Positions 1-9,460 of a DNA stretch of 64,000 nucleotides are shown one piece after another. Each line of letters starts with the position of its first letter. Position 1 is the stretch's first letter. The position numbers were made by a program, and so were the translations under genes. Source of the stretch: Girardia tigrina (lineage: Eukaryota); assembly GCA_001938485.1 (NCBI GenBank), contig MQRK01243661.1:1-64000 (forward strand), in the 5' to 3' direction. The notes under the pieces are model-generated. The model was given only the letters and a program-made list of their open reading frames with translations, was not told the DNA's origin and ran no database searches.

Positions 1-118
1 TGTAAAACTAAATATTATTTTATTTGAAATTAATGATTTTATTAAAAGAATTATTTAAAAATTTTCCTTTATAAAATTTTATCAAAAGTGTTCATGTATT
101 TTTTCAGAACCCTAACAA

Positions 119-214
119 TTTTTCCACATTAAATTCAGATTTTTTCATAATAAATTGATATTTTTCCACATTAAATACAGAATTTTTCATAATAAATTGA
201 TATTTTTTCACATT
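119..214. repeat. 42-bp tandem repeat, ~2.3 copies
   Basis: TTTTTCCACATTAAAT(T/A)CAGA..TTTTCATAATAAATTGATA at 119-160 and 161-202, partial third copy. Confidence 0.85.
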
Positions 215-265
215 TATTTTTCAACAAATAATACTATTATTACGTCAACAATTATTACGTCAGCG

Positions 266-1150
266 TTAGTGAAGCAGGCAGTGAGTGACTTGGGCTTTTA
301 TAATATAGATTCTATTAAGTAATAAACGCAAATGTTGAAAACTAAGATTAAACATTATATCTTGAATATTATATTTTTTCAAAGTTGCATCATCAACTTC
401 TTCTGGTTTAATATTCTCATTTTCTTTAGGGATATTAAAATTATACCTTCTTGAAAAGGAAGATAATGTACCTAAATATGAATTAATTTTTTGTTTTTGA
501 TAAACTAATAATTTTGCTTTTTCACTATAATTGAAAACATAATTAATTTTTAAATTCATATCAGAAATTGGTTTAAAAATTGTTAGAGAATCAATTTTTT
601 CATTTAATTTTTTAATTCCATCTTCACTCTTTTCCACATTCCGATTAATAATATTATTAATATATTCCACATTCATATTAATAATATTATTAATTTTTTT
701 CATATTCTCTTCAATATTATCATAAATATTTTTCTTACCCCTTTCAATAATACGATAAATTCTTTTTTTATCATCATTAATATCATTAATATCATTATTA
801 ATCTTTTTCATATTTTCACTCATTTCATTATATTGTTTCACCATTGAATCAATTGTAAGTTTCAAATTTCTAATACTTTTCTCAACATCTATATTCCCAA
901 TCTCGATTTTATCTTTAACTTTCAGCGAATTCACAGGATCGTTACCCCCTTCATTCACAAATATCTTATCTAACTTTTTATTATTCACCTCTATAGTTTC
1001 ATTTATTTTTTCTGCATTCGCATATCTCTGATCCGATTCTGATAATATTATCCGATTATTTGCTTGAATTTTTTCAAGTATTTTCTCTTCTCGCATTCCT
1101 CCAATTTGCATCACCATTCCCAATTTATTCACAGGAATGTAATTATTCAT
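266..1150 (-). CDS. Polinton hypothetical coiled-coil, Asn/Ile-rich protein (294 aa)
   Basis: Long ORF, CCAAAAAATG start, heptad-like central region with repeated ENMKKIN; no recognised catalytic motif. Confidence 0.7.
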   Translation of the reverse strand: MNNYIPVNKLGMVMQIGGMREEKILEKIQANNRIILSESDQRYANAEKINETIEVNNKKLDKIFVNEGGNDPVNSLKVKDKIEIGNIDVEKSIRNLKLTIDSMVKQYNEMSENMKKINNDINDINDDKKRIYRIIERGKKNIYDNIEENMKKINNIINMNVEYINNIINRNVEKSEDGIKKLNEKIDSLTIFKPISDMNLKINYVFNYSEKAKLLVYQKQKINSYLGTLSSFSRRYNFNIPKENENIKPEEVDDATLKKYNIQDIMFNLSFQHLRLLLNRIYIIKAQVTHCLLH

Positions 1151-1260
1151 TTTTTGGAATGATTTTGTTTTTGAAGAAAAAAAATCATTCCTATTTTATA
1201 AAATTACAATAACGTCGGCTGTACCGAGTTTCTATAAAAAGGGCCTCTTCGAGGCCACCT

Positions 1261-1839
1261 TTATAGAAGCGATTCCGGCCATAAACAATCTAATATTTCC
1301 TCAATTATATCATCGAATTTATGCGCCAATTGATTCTTCGAATAATTAGCGCATTTATTCTCTTTATTCCAACATTCACACTGATTCATTTTAAATAAAA
1401 AATATAAACTCAATTGTCCACATAGTCGTGTTCCGAAGGGTTGTACTTGTACAGAATTATATATACATTTTGGAAAATCTACTAAAGGCTCTATTCCATA
1501 TGGATCAAAATAGTAAGATACTGGCTCCTTCGTCCCATTATCTTTCTTTAAAGATACTGATTTCTCAAATTCTTTATCTCCATTAAAATATCCCACCCAA
1601 TGACTCCCCTGCTCATCTGAATCCTGGTAATTTATTATTGATAATTTTTTCTGATTTATTTTCGCATCCACTTCATCCGCCATCAAGACTTGTATTTCAA
1701 TTTTCAATTTTCGTCCCCAATCTTCCAACTGTTTATTCGTCGATGTATCAACACCAAACATTTGCATTATATCTTGTAAGTTGTAAAATTCGATCATTTT
1801 TGAGTAGAATTTGTTTTCGTAGAAAAAAATTCTACTCAT
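1261..1839 (-). CDS. Adenain/Ulp1-fold cysteine maturation protease
   Basis: IINYQDSDEQGSHWV (His), YFDPYG (Asp), QVQPFGTRLCG (Gln, Cys); likelier start is the AAAAATG at 1797. Confidence 0.9.
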   Translation of the reverse strand: MSRIFFYENKFYSKMIEFYNLQDIMQMFGVDTSTNKQLEDWGRKLKIEIQVLMADEVDAKINQKKLSIINYQDSDEQGSHWVGYFNGDKEFEKSVSLKKDNGTKEPVSYYFDPYGIEPLVDFPKCIYNSVQVQPFGTRLCGQLSLYFLFKMNQCECWNKENKCANYSKNQLAHKFDDIIEEILDCLWPESLL

Positions 1840-2028
1840 TAATTGATTTTATTCAAAATCAATTAATAAAACATTCACGAGGCTTCGCTGAGCTATCAAA
1901 GTCATTTTTATGACTTGTTAGAATTTTACACCTTCGGTATCCAAATTCTATCCTTTTTGAGTAGAATTTTTTTCTACTAAAACGAGTAGAATTTTTTTTC
2001 TATGAAAACAAATTCTACTCAATTCTAC

Positions 2029-2892
2029 TCATTTTTCCATTATTTGTCTCAGTCTCAAACATAAATTAATTCGCTCATTTCGGAAATCAATTAATCGTCC
2101 TTTGTTGTCAATAATTCTCATAGTAAAATCATTTATCTGATAAATGTATACTGGATAATAAGTTACAAAAGCGGGACGCTCTAAAATCTTATACCCGATT
2201 CCAACTGAAAAAGCAGGAAACGAATAAATCACATTGGAATTCCGCACACTTTCAATAATACTCTTATTTTCCACTTCATTTTCACTTGAAACGTATCCCC
2301 CATTAGCAATATTACAATCGATATTACAAATATTTATATCAGTTATCTGAAAAGTATATTTCGATTCAAAATTTTCCATTGGTCCTGTTAAGAGAATATT
2401 TTCCACATCAAAGAAATAGTTGAATTTGGATTTTTCGAATCCATGCATTGAGTGTAGAATCGATTGATTAGTGAATTCAATGGAATAATTATCCAGGATC
2501 TTGATTCGGGATTTTGATGTTTTCTCATCTGTCNNNNNNNNNNNNNNNNNNNNNNNNNNNNNNNNNNNNNNNNNNNNNNNNNNNNNNNNNNNNNNNNNNN
2601 NNNNNNNNNNNNNNNNTTTTGTATAAAAATAAGCATCATTGTTTTCTCCCCGAATAAGCGAATTCCTAATTCCCTTGATTTCCTTTGGTAAATCTTTTCC
2701 TTTATGTAGAATAATAAAAGAATTGTTTTCCGAAGTGACATTTGCAACAGTATTATAGGTCGAGAACCAGACCAATCCGATTTCGTATTTGTATCGCGGA
2801 TCCAAATTCAACTGAACAGGCAGCTTAACCTTGATTTCTGATTTCGAAGCCGATATTGTAAACGTCGTAGAAAATCCACTAGTCTCGCTCAT
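2029..2892 (-). CDS. Minor capsid protein (penton, single jelly roll)
   Basis: YEIGLVWFSTYNTVANVT..NNSF, NIDCNIANGGY, IYSF, C-terminal IIDNKGRLIDFRNERINLCLRLR typical of Polinton pentons; spans an N-run. Confidence 0.85.
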   Translation of the reverse strand: MSETSGFSTTFTISASKSEIKVKLPVQLNLDPRYKYEIGLVWFSTYNTVANVTSENNSFIILHKGKDLPKEIKGIRNSLIRGENNDAYFYTKXXXXXXXXXXXXXXXXXXXXXXXXXXXXTDEKTSKSRIKILDNYSIEFTNQSILHSMHGFEKSKFNYFFDVENILLTGPMENFESKYTFQITDINICNIDCNIANGGYVSSENEVENKSIIESVRNSNVIYSFPAFSVGIGYKILERPAFVTYYPVYIYQINDFTMRIIDNKGRLIDFRNERINLCLRLRQIMEK

Positions 2893-4099
2893 TTTTGAGA
2901 AAATTTTTTTTCTATGAAAACTTTTTTCAATAATTCCTCCTGTTTTTCTTTTGATAATAATTTTTTTCGTCTTAATTTCTTCATAATATTCAAAATATTA
3001 TCATCCACACCATCATATGACCAGCCTTCTTTGCAGCGATATATTTATACAAATACGAAAACATTGAAATCGGGTCTGAGGGTATTCCCTGTCCTTTTTG
3101 TGATCGTAACCGTGGTAATGATGATGTTTTTTCATCCGTCTCTTTTTTCAGGAGTCCTACTGGTCCCGCAAATTCTCCTACATTTCCTTCAGCTTTATTT
3201 AAAGCATCAAAACAAAGTTTAGTATAATAAAAACTTCTTTCTCGAGCGTTTATTCCATTATTTAATAGAAATGATAAATACTTATCGAATGATGTATGTT
3301 TTTCTTCCATAGTATATTTCTTTTCGAAAATAATTTCATAATTCCCAATTAGGAAATTATTGAAAATCTCATCAAGCTCTACCCGAACCCGATTATCATT
3401 TCTCACGAAATAATATTTTCCACCCTCATTCACGAGAATATATGTATATTTATTGAATGTCATAAATTGTTTTCCCTCAATATTCTTTCCAAACGTTGGA
3501 CGCAACATCGGAGAAGATCCGAAATTTTCATAATATTTTGTCTCAAAGAATATTTCCAAAAATGGAGCAGGTTGCAATAATTGAGGTTCGAATTTCGTTC
3601 CCAATTTCTGTGCCAACTGTTCCAAGAATTTTTTCGAAACCTCATGATGAGTGGTGATAAATTCCTTATCTTGTGGATATTTTTCAGTCATTTCCTGCAT
3701 TATTGGTGCTAATTCCTGTTGGATGAGTAAATATTCCTGTTGGTATTGATCAAAAAACGATTTGGATTTCACATTATCATAATTCTTAATATCGACCTCA
3801 ATAAAACGTTTCAAATCATTTTCCAATTTAACGACTTTGGTTTTTAGAGCTGAGATTCTGTCTGTGATGGGGCCTTGTAATCCAGTCATTAAAGGTTGAA
3901 ACATTTTCGACATTGACGTTTGAAAATCGGATATACCGCTTTTATATTCCAATTCTTGGCGATTGTATTCATGGATTGCTAGTGAGGATTGAATCAAACT
4001 TTTTCGTAAATAATCAAAATATTTTTGATGTTCATTTAAAGGTTGTGAATCTTTGAATACTCGATTTTCTAATAGTGTTCTCATTTTTAAAGCAAACAT
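2889..4099 (-). pseudogene. Polinton conserved protein with 1-nt frameshift near C-terminus
   Basis: 369-aa ORF ends IPSDPISMFSYLYKYIAAKKAGH; after a shift near 3016 it continues DGVDDNILNIMKKLRRKKLLSKEKQEELLKKVFIEKKFSQK*. This matches the recurrent Polinton PSDP..L..L.A.K.AGN helical motif; the stop overlaps the penton ATG (ATGA). Confidence 0.7.
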
Positions 4100-4770
4100 T
4101 TAAATCTGATTCTGATTATTCGGATCCCAAGGTTCCAAATATAATCCCTTTCCCATGAAATGATATTTCAATTTCCCTCCCAATTTTTTATTTTTATTCA
4201 ATAGAGCCTTTTTCGATTTCGGATCTTTATCCGATTGATTTATTTGTTCACGAAAAAATTTCTGAATTCCTTTACCAACATAATCATCCAAGTATAATCC
4301 TTCTCCGAGATCTGTATCTTTTATTCCCAATTCCGATAATATTCCTTTTCCTTTCGATTTCCGTAATCCCGATCCCGTTGGTGCTGTGGCAGGTGGAACC
4401 GCTGGTGTATTCATTTTATCAAGTTCCTTTTGTTTTATTTGTTTTTCAATATCTATTTTCTCTTTTTCAGCCTGAATCTTCTGTGCTTCACGAGAATTCG
4501 CAACAGTTTTTGATACTCCAGCGGCTACTCCAGCGGCTGCTCCTCCTACTGTGAAAAGAGTAGTTAAACCGGCGATTATAGCGGGGATAAACGGTAAAAT
4601 TCCTCCGCTGTGATAATATCCTCCGATCTCTCCTCCATTTTTTCTAAATCTTTAATCTTTTTCAACATTTCCCGATTCAAATAGAATTCCTTCCCATTCA
4701 CTCGAATCAAACCGGGAGTTTGAGTATCTATCAATTTTCGTATTTTTAACGCATCTGTTTTCGGAGCCAT
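4100..4770 (-). pseudogene. Adenovirus pX-like virion core/membrane-active protein, split by one frameshift
   Basis: ORFs 4576-4770 and 4100-4414 join if one A is added to the A6 run at 4638-4643: NGGEIGGYYHSGGILPFIPAIIAGLTTLFTVGGAAAGVAAGVSKTV...GEGLYL...GKGLYLEPW. Confidence 0.8.
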
Positions 4771-4812
4771 TTTTAGAGCAAATTTTGTTTTCCAAGAAAA
4801 AAAATCGTATCT

Positions 4813-6243
4813 TTATTTCTTATCCACGGTTCCTTTGAATGGTTCGATTATCGTGATTTGGGATCCGCGTAGAGACATTTTTATTTTTGCTTCTTCCAAA
4901 ATTACACAATACATTTTCGTTTGAAACTTTTCAGATTTCCGAATGAGAAGTGTAACGGTAACGTTGTTAACATGCAAAGTTTTATCGATATCACTAGTAT
5001 CAAAACACATTATCGGGTATAAACTTTTCCAATCTTTCAACGATAGCATTGGAGCTTTATCTTGGAAACCGCGGGAACATTGAACATATGAATTATATAA
5101 ATCATAGAAATTCNNNNNNNNNNNNNNNNNNNNNNNNNNNNNNNNNNNNNNNNNNNNNNNNNNNNNNNNNNNNNNNNNNNNNNNNNNNNNNNNNNNNNNN
5201 NNNNNNNNNNNNNNNNNNNNNNNNTAATTTGAATCTTGTAATTTCATTCCCACGAAAATATATCTTGGTAAATAATTTAGATATGCAACATTCCAGGAGA
5301 AAACTTTCTCGGTTTTCAAAGAATACTCTACGGATATGCGTTTGAGGAAATCCACATAAATCGGTTTGTCTTTAACATTTAATCGTTCTACCAATCGAGC
5401 ATAATAATCGATATTCAATTCCAATTGATTCATATGCAGTTCCAGGGAATTTATCGTTAATTTTCCTTTGGTTCCTTTTTCTGAATAAAAAATACTTTTA
5501 TCATCAAGTTTTCGCACCATTGTNNNNNNNNNNNNNNNNNNNNNNNNNNNNNNNNNNNNNNNNNNNNNNNNNNNNNAGAGATGTTTCAGTGAGAAAGCAC
5601 CTCTGAATCTATTTTTCTTAAACTGATCTTTCCGAATTTCAAATCCAATATTTTGGTATCGAAGACCCGCTGGAACTTCTTTGGAATTAGCGGCGCCTCC
5701 GCTCGAACCGGGAGTTTCTTCTTCATCTTCAAGAATTTTTGTACTCGTAGATGCGCTTAAGGTTGCGGATGATGCCGCAGCTATTTTCTCTCCATATGTC
5801 ATTTCATAATGATCTGGAATAAAATCAGTTATTTCTCCGCATGGTAAATAGTTTCTATCTTTAGACACATATAATAACATATCCGAAACAACTCCAGGAT
5901 TATTTATCGATTCAACAACATAGTTACCTAATTTCAAAGACATGCATGAAAATAATTTAGGGAAGAAGTTGGTCTCCAAAACACAGTCACTGTCTTCAAT
6001 TTTAATATCATAAACCAGTTTAGCGTTACAAATATCTATCGGATCAGTGGTTTGCGATAATTGGTAAACCAGAGTTCCGTTCTGATTCATGTATGCAGCC
6101 GATCCAGATGTTGGCGCCAGTTTTATTATATCAGATTTTTTCAAAACGTGAGTAAATTCCTTATTGTTATCGAGATCTAAGATTCCCAAGGGAATCATCC
6201 CTGTGGTTAATTGATTTATTGGTTTTTCAAAGCTTGTTTCCAT
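4813..6243 (-). CDS. Major capsid protein (double jelly roll, hexon-like)
   Basis: 476 aa; NFFPKLFS..SLKLG...VESINNPG, FSWNV....PRYIFVG, YPIMCFDTS motifs of Polinton MCPs; located between the pX-like and integrase genes; two N-runs. Confidence 0.88.
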   Translation of the reverse strand: METSFEKPINQLTTGMIPLGILDLDNNKEFTHVLKKSDIIKLAPTSGSAAYMNQNGTLVYQLSQTTDPIDICNAKLVYDIKIEDSDCVLETNFFPKLFSCMSLKLGNYVVESINNPGVVSDMLLYVSKDRNYLPCGEITDFIPDHYEMTYGEKIAAASSATLSASTSTKILEDEEETPGSSGGAANSKEVPAGLRYQNIGFEIRKDQFKKNRFRGAFSLKHLXXXXXXXXXXXXXXXXXXTMVRKLDDKSIFYSEKGTKGKLTINSLELHMNQLELNIDYYARLVERLNVKDKPIYVDFLKRISVEYSLKTEKVFSWNVAYLNYLPRYIFVGMKLQDSNXXXXXXXXXXXXXXXXXXXXXXXXXXXXXXXXXXXXXXNFYDLYNSYVQCSRGFQDKAPMLSLKDWKSLYPIMCFDTSDIDKTLHVNNVTVTLLIRKSEKFQTKMYCVILEEAKIKMSLRGSQITIIEPFKGTVDKK

Positions 6244-6285
6244 TTTTAAAATATTAAATTATTTTGTACTTAACAGGTTAGTTCT

Positions 6286-7744
6286 TCAAACTCCTTTGTT
6301 AAGTACGGATTTTGTTCCAATTTTCGTAATCTGTAAATCCGCTTCATAGAACCGACCGAATAATGCACCATCTTTGGATACGCGCTTTGCGCTATCAAAT
6401 ATGGTGCCTTTTTCAGTTGTAGGATTTATCAACTTATAAGTCACTGGATATTCATGATCCAAAACTTTTGAAATTACGTAAATTTCCCTGGTCCATTTCG
6501 GTTCATATCCTTTTTTAAAAGTCTGTAATTTCCGTTCCTGGTTTTTATTACGAGTACCTTCAGGTTTGTCTCCGCTAAATAATTTTGTTTCGAATACCCG
6601 AACTCGATCTCCGACTTTGAATTTTGGTTTAACTTTTTTCTTGGGTAATTTTTGAGGTTTTGGAAGCGGAATCGCATTATTAAACATTACATCGTGCGGT
6701 GATACGCGGATAGAACTATGAATTATATTATTATAATCAGATAATATTTTTTGCATTTCCAGCTCAGTGATAACTTTCTCTCCTTTCTCGGTAAATAGTT
6801 TATAGATTTCAGATTTTAATGTTCTATTAAATCTTTCAATAAAAACAGGTTTTTCCTTTACGAAATACATTTTAATATTATTGGCTTTTAGGAATTTTTT
6901 CTCGAATTCTTTGTTTGTAAACTCAGCTCCTTGATCAACCCATAAATATTTTGGAATTGGTAATTCGGTATTTCCTAATTCCGTTTAGATTGAAATGAAA
7001 GCTTGGATTATTGATTCAGATTTTTTATTGGGAAGAAAACGGAAAAAACCATACCGGGAATAAATATCTATAACTTTTAAGATATAATATTTCCAAATTT
7101 TTCTGGTTTGTCCTGATTTTGTTATTGTTGTCGCAACGACTCCATTTTCAGTATCTTCTTTAGCGTCAACAGTTATCAAGTCTGCAGACCAAATCCGATT
7201 CAATGATTTAACATTTATGCGGAGAAAGTCTTTATTTCTTTTATGTTCTTTATGTAATTCTTTAGCTAATTGTTTATTATTTTTATCATCAATGGTACCG
7301 CCAAATGCAATTTTACCTTTCATAATTGTTTTTATAAGAAATCTTTCGAATTTTTGTCGCAAAGACAGATCTTGAAGTTGATTAATATCGTGAATAAGAT
7401 TTACATCAGCCAAGTGTCGATCTCGTAAATCTTCAGATCTGTAAGCGATATCATGTTTATAACAGGCTTGATCTAATCCGTCTACTGGTTTATTATCTTC
7501 GCCGATTGGTTGATCTTGGTCGTCTAATCGGATATCCAATCTTGTTAGTGGACCGCAATAATTTTTTCCTGGCAAATGCAGTTCACCGTATTTCGTTTTC
7601 ATAAATCCAGGAATATATTTTGCAAAATTTCCCATAGATTGTTGAACCTTTGGATACGCGCTTCGCGCTATCAAAGACGCCTCCACCTCCGATTGCTCTT
7701 CGAGAATCGAAGTCTCCTCCACCTTCTTTTTTAATAATCATCAT
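6286..7744 (-). pseudogene. Parvovirus VP1u-like PLA2 fused to retroviral-type (rve) DDE integrase; one premature stop
   Basis: HLPGKNYCGP and DQACYKHDIAY (PLA2); IWSADL (D), LWVDQGAEF (D), IERFNRTLK (E), KFKVGDRVR..FKKGYEPKWT. ORFs 6985-7722 and 6286-6870 are in the same frame, separated only by TAA at 6985-6987. Confidence 0.92.
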
Positions 7745-7870
7745 TTTTGGAAGTAATTTATTTTTTAAAAATCAAATGTACTTCTTAATAAAAATTTCCA
7801 ATACTATCAAGCTATTTCTGTAGACATGATATTAAAGGAAGACGGTTAGTAAAGAATAATAATATTTTTT

Positions 7871-8815
7871 TTACTCGCTTTCATCAATTTCAAGATCTGA
7901 GTGCATGTTCGGATTTTCGATTGTTATTTCTTCTTCAGTAAATATATTTTTATAAATTTTTTTCTCAGTGCGATCAAAATAAATATAATTATATTTTTTA
8001 CGCTTCCAGTGATGAATGATTTCCCGCTGATATTCATTAATATTTTCGCTATTGGGTAAGAGATTAGAGAAGATATAAGATTTATCTCTTTTTCCTAATT
8101 CGAAAAAAATGAATCCAGTGGAATTATTCCGGATAGAATGTTTATCCAATCCGTAGAAAGTTTGGGAAATGTATATCGTATTACAGTTATTATGACGTCC
8201 TCTGGTGAAATACGATTTCATTATTTTCTGATCTGACAGATTCACCACGTCATCGAAAATAATGAGATTTTTTACATCTTTCGGTAATGAGTCGCAAGCG
8301 ACGATTTGATTAGGATCCGAAGAAAATAGGACGGATATTGACTTTTCAGGATCTCTAATTAAATATTTTGATTTATCAATATTATTTTTATTATTAATAA
8401 ATCTTTTATACGCATAAACGAGATATTCCGGAGGAGGAATATAATCTTTATCAGAATTATTTCCTAATTCCTCTTTTATCATGGATAATAACATATTTTG
8501 TTTATCAAAGATATCGCGTATTCCGGATTTGGTGAGAGATGATCCGTCTTCAAAACGGAAACCACTTGCAATCACCTTCAATTCCGGTTGATCAATAGTT
8601 GTGGAATAAAATATTAGATTGTTGAAATCTAAAAAATTATCCTCCAATAACATTTTTGCTAGTAAAAAATTTTTACCACATCCCGATTCACCAACGATTA
8701 GTAATCGAAAGTTCTTTGGGAACAATTTATTCTTGAATTTTGACTCATACATTGTTAAAATATTCAGTTTTTCCTTCATTTTTAAGTTGGAAAAGTATTT
8801 TCCAAGCTTAAACAT
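7871..8815 (-). CDS. Genome-packaging ATPase (A32/FtsK-HerA family)
   Basis: Walker A GESGCGKN, Walker B LIIFDD, YFTRGRHNN, YISQ; likelier start is the AAAAATG at 8779. Confidence 0.92.
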   Translation of the reverse strand: MFKLGKYFSNLKMKEKLNILTMYESKFKNKLFPKNFRLLIVGESGCGKNFLLAKMLLEDNFLDFNNLIFYSTTIDQPELKVIASGFRFEDGSSLTKSGIRDIFDKQNMLLSMIKEELGNNSDKDYIPPPEYLVYAYKRFINNKNNIDKSKYLIRDPEKSISVLFSSDPNQIVACDSLPKDVKNLIIFDDVVNLSDQKIMKSYFTRGRHNNCNTIYISQTFYGLDKHSIRNNSTGFIFFELGKRDKSYIFSNLLPNSENINEYQREIIHHWKRKKYNYIYFDRTEKKIYKNIFTEEEITIENPNMHSDLEIDESE

Positions 8816-8907
8816 ACGGAGGCTTCGCCGACCCTTTAGGCATTTTTTAATTTTTTCGAATTTTAGTGAAAAAATTTTGAAAATTTTTCAAATTGTTTTT
8901 AAAGAAA

Positions 8908-9420
8908 ATGAATGAGTCGAAAAAAAATTTGTTAATAAATAAATGTTTAGATTGTGATTTTTTAAAATCGCGATACAATTATGAAAAAGATAGATATATT
9001 ATAGATATATCATTTTATGAAAAAAAGACAGAAGAATATAAATTATTAGCATTTCAATTTCAAACAATGCTAAAAGATAAAAATGAATCATCTGATTTTT
9101 CTAATGAAAAAATATTAAAATTAGAGGAAAAGAATAGGAAATTAGAAAATACTATAAAACTTCTAAAAGAAGAAAATTATAATCTTAATGCGAGATTAAT
9201 GCAAAAAGAAAAAATTGAAGATGAAAATACAATTTTAAAAGATCTTAAAGAACATAATTTAGAAGAAAAAATTTCTTCTTGGGAAATAAATGATGATAAA
9301 TCTTCTTCTATTAATGAAATTACCGAATCTATAACATCTTCAAAAAGAAATGGAAATTATAAAGGAAGAGCAAAAGGACAAACTAATTTAAAAACAAGAC
9401 AAAAAGAAAATAAGATTTAA
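8908..9420 (+). CDS. Polinton accessory coiled-coil protein
   Basis: ORF with AAAGAAAATG start, divergent from ATPase; CLDC and a leucine-heptad segment. Confidence 0.6.
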   Translation: MNESKKNLLINKCLDCDFLKSRYNYEKDRYIIDISFYEKKTEEYKLLAFQFQTMLKDKNESSDFSNEKILKLEEKNRKLENTIKLLKEENYNLNARLMQKEKIEDENTILKDLKEHNLEEKISSWEINDDKSSSINEITESITSSKRNGNYKGRAKGQTNLKTRQKENKI

Positions 9421-9460
9421 TTGGATTTTGGATTTGGATTTGGATTTGGATTTGGATTTG
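9421..9460. repeat. (GGATTT)n hexamer array
   Basis: About 6 copies, intergenic. Confidence 0.9.

Noticed and set aside
119-214. CRISPR-like array
   Set aside because: Contiguous tandem units without spacers; eukaryotic context; no cas genes
6286-6870. Separate 194-aa integrase gene as listed in the ORF track
   Set aside because: It is the C-terminal part of the 6286-7744 gene, in frame behind a single TAA
7648-7722. Intron removing the 5' hairpins of PLA2-integrase (GAAG|GTGGAG...CCAAAG|G)
   Set aside because: The 75-nt excision does not restore the frame; the only phase-compatible donor (GTCTTT) is weak and gives a 31-nt intron
1638-8915. Antisense and nested ORFs over Polinton genes (e.g. 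1638-1913, 2914-3222, 5049-5345, 8619-8915)
   Set aside because: Shadow frames of real genes with no motifs
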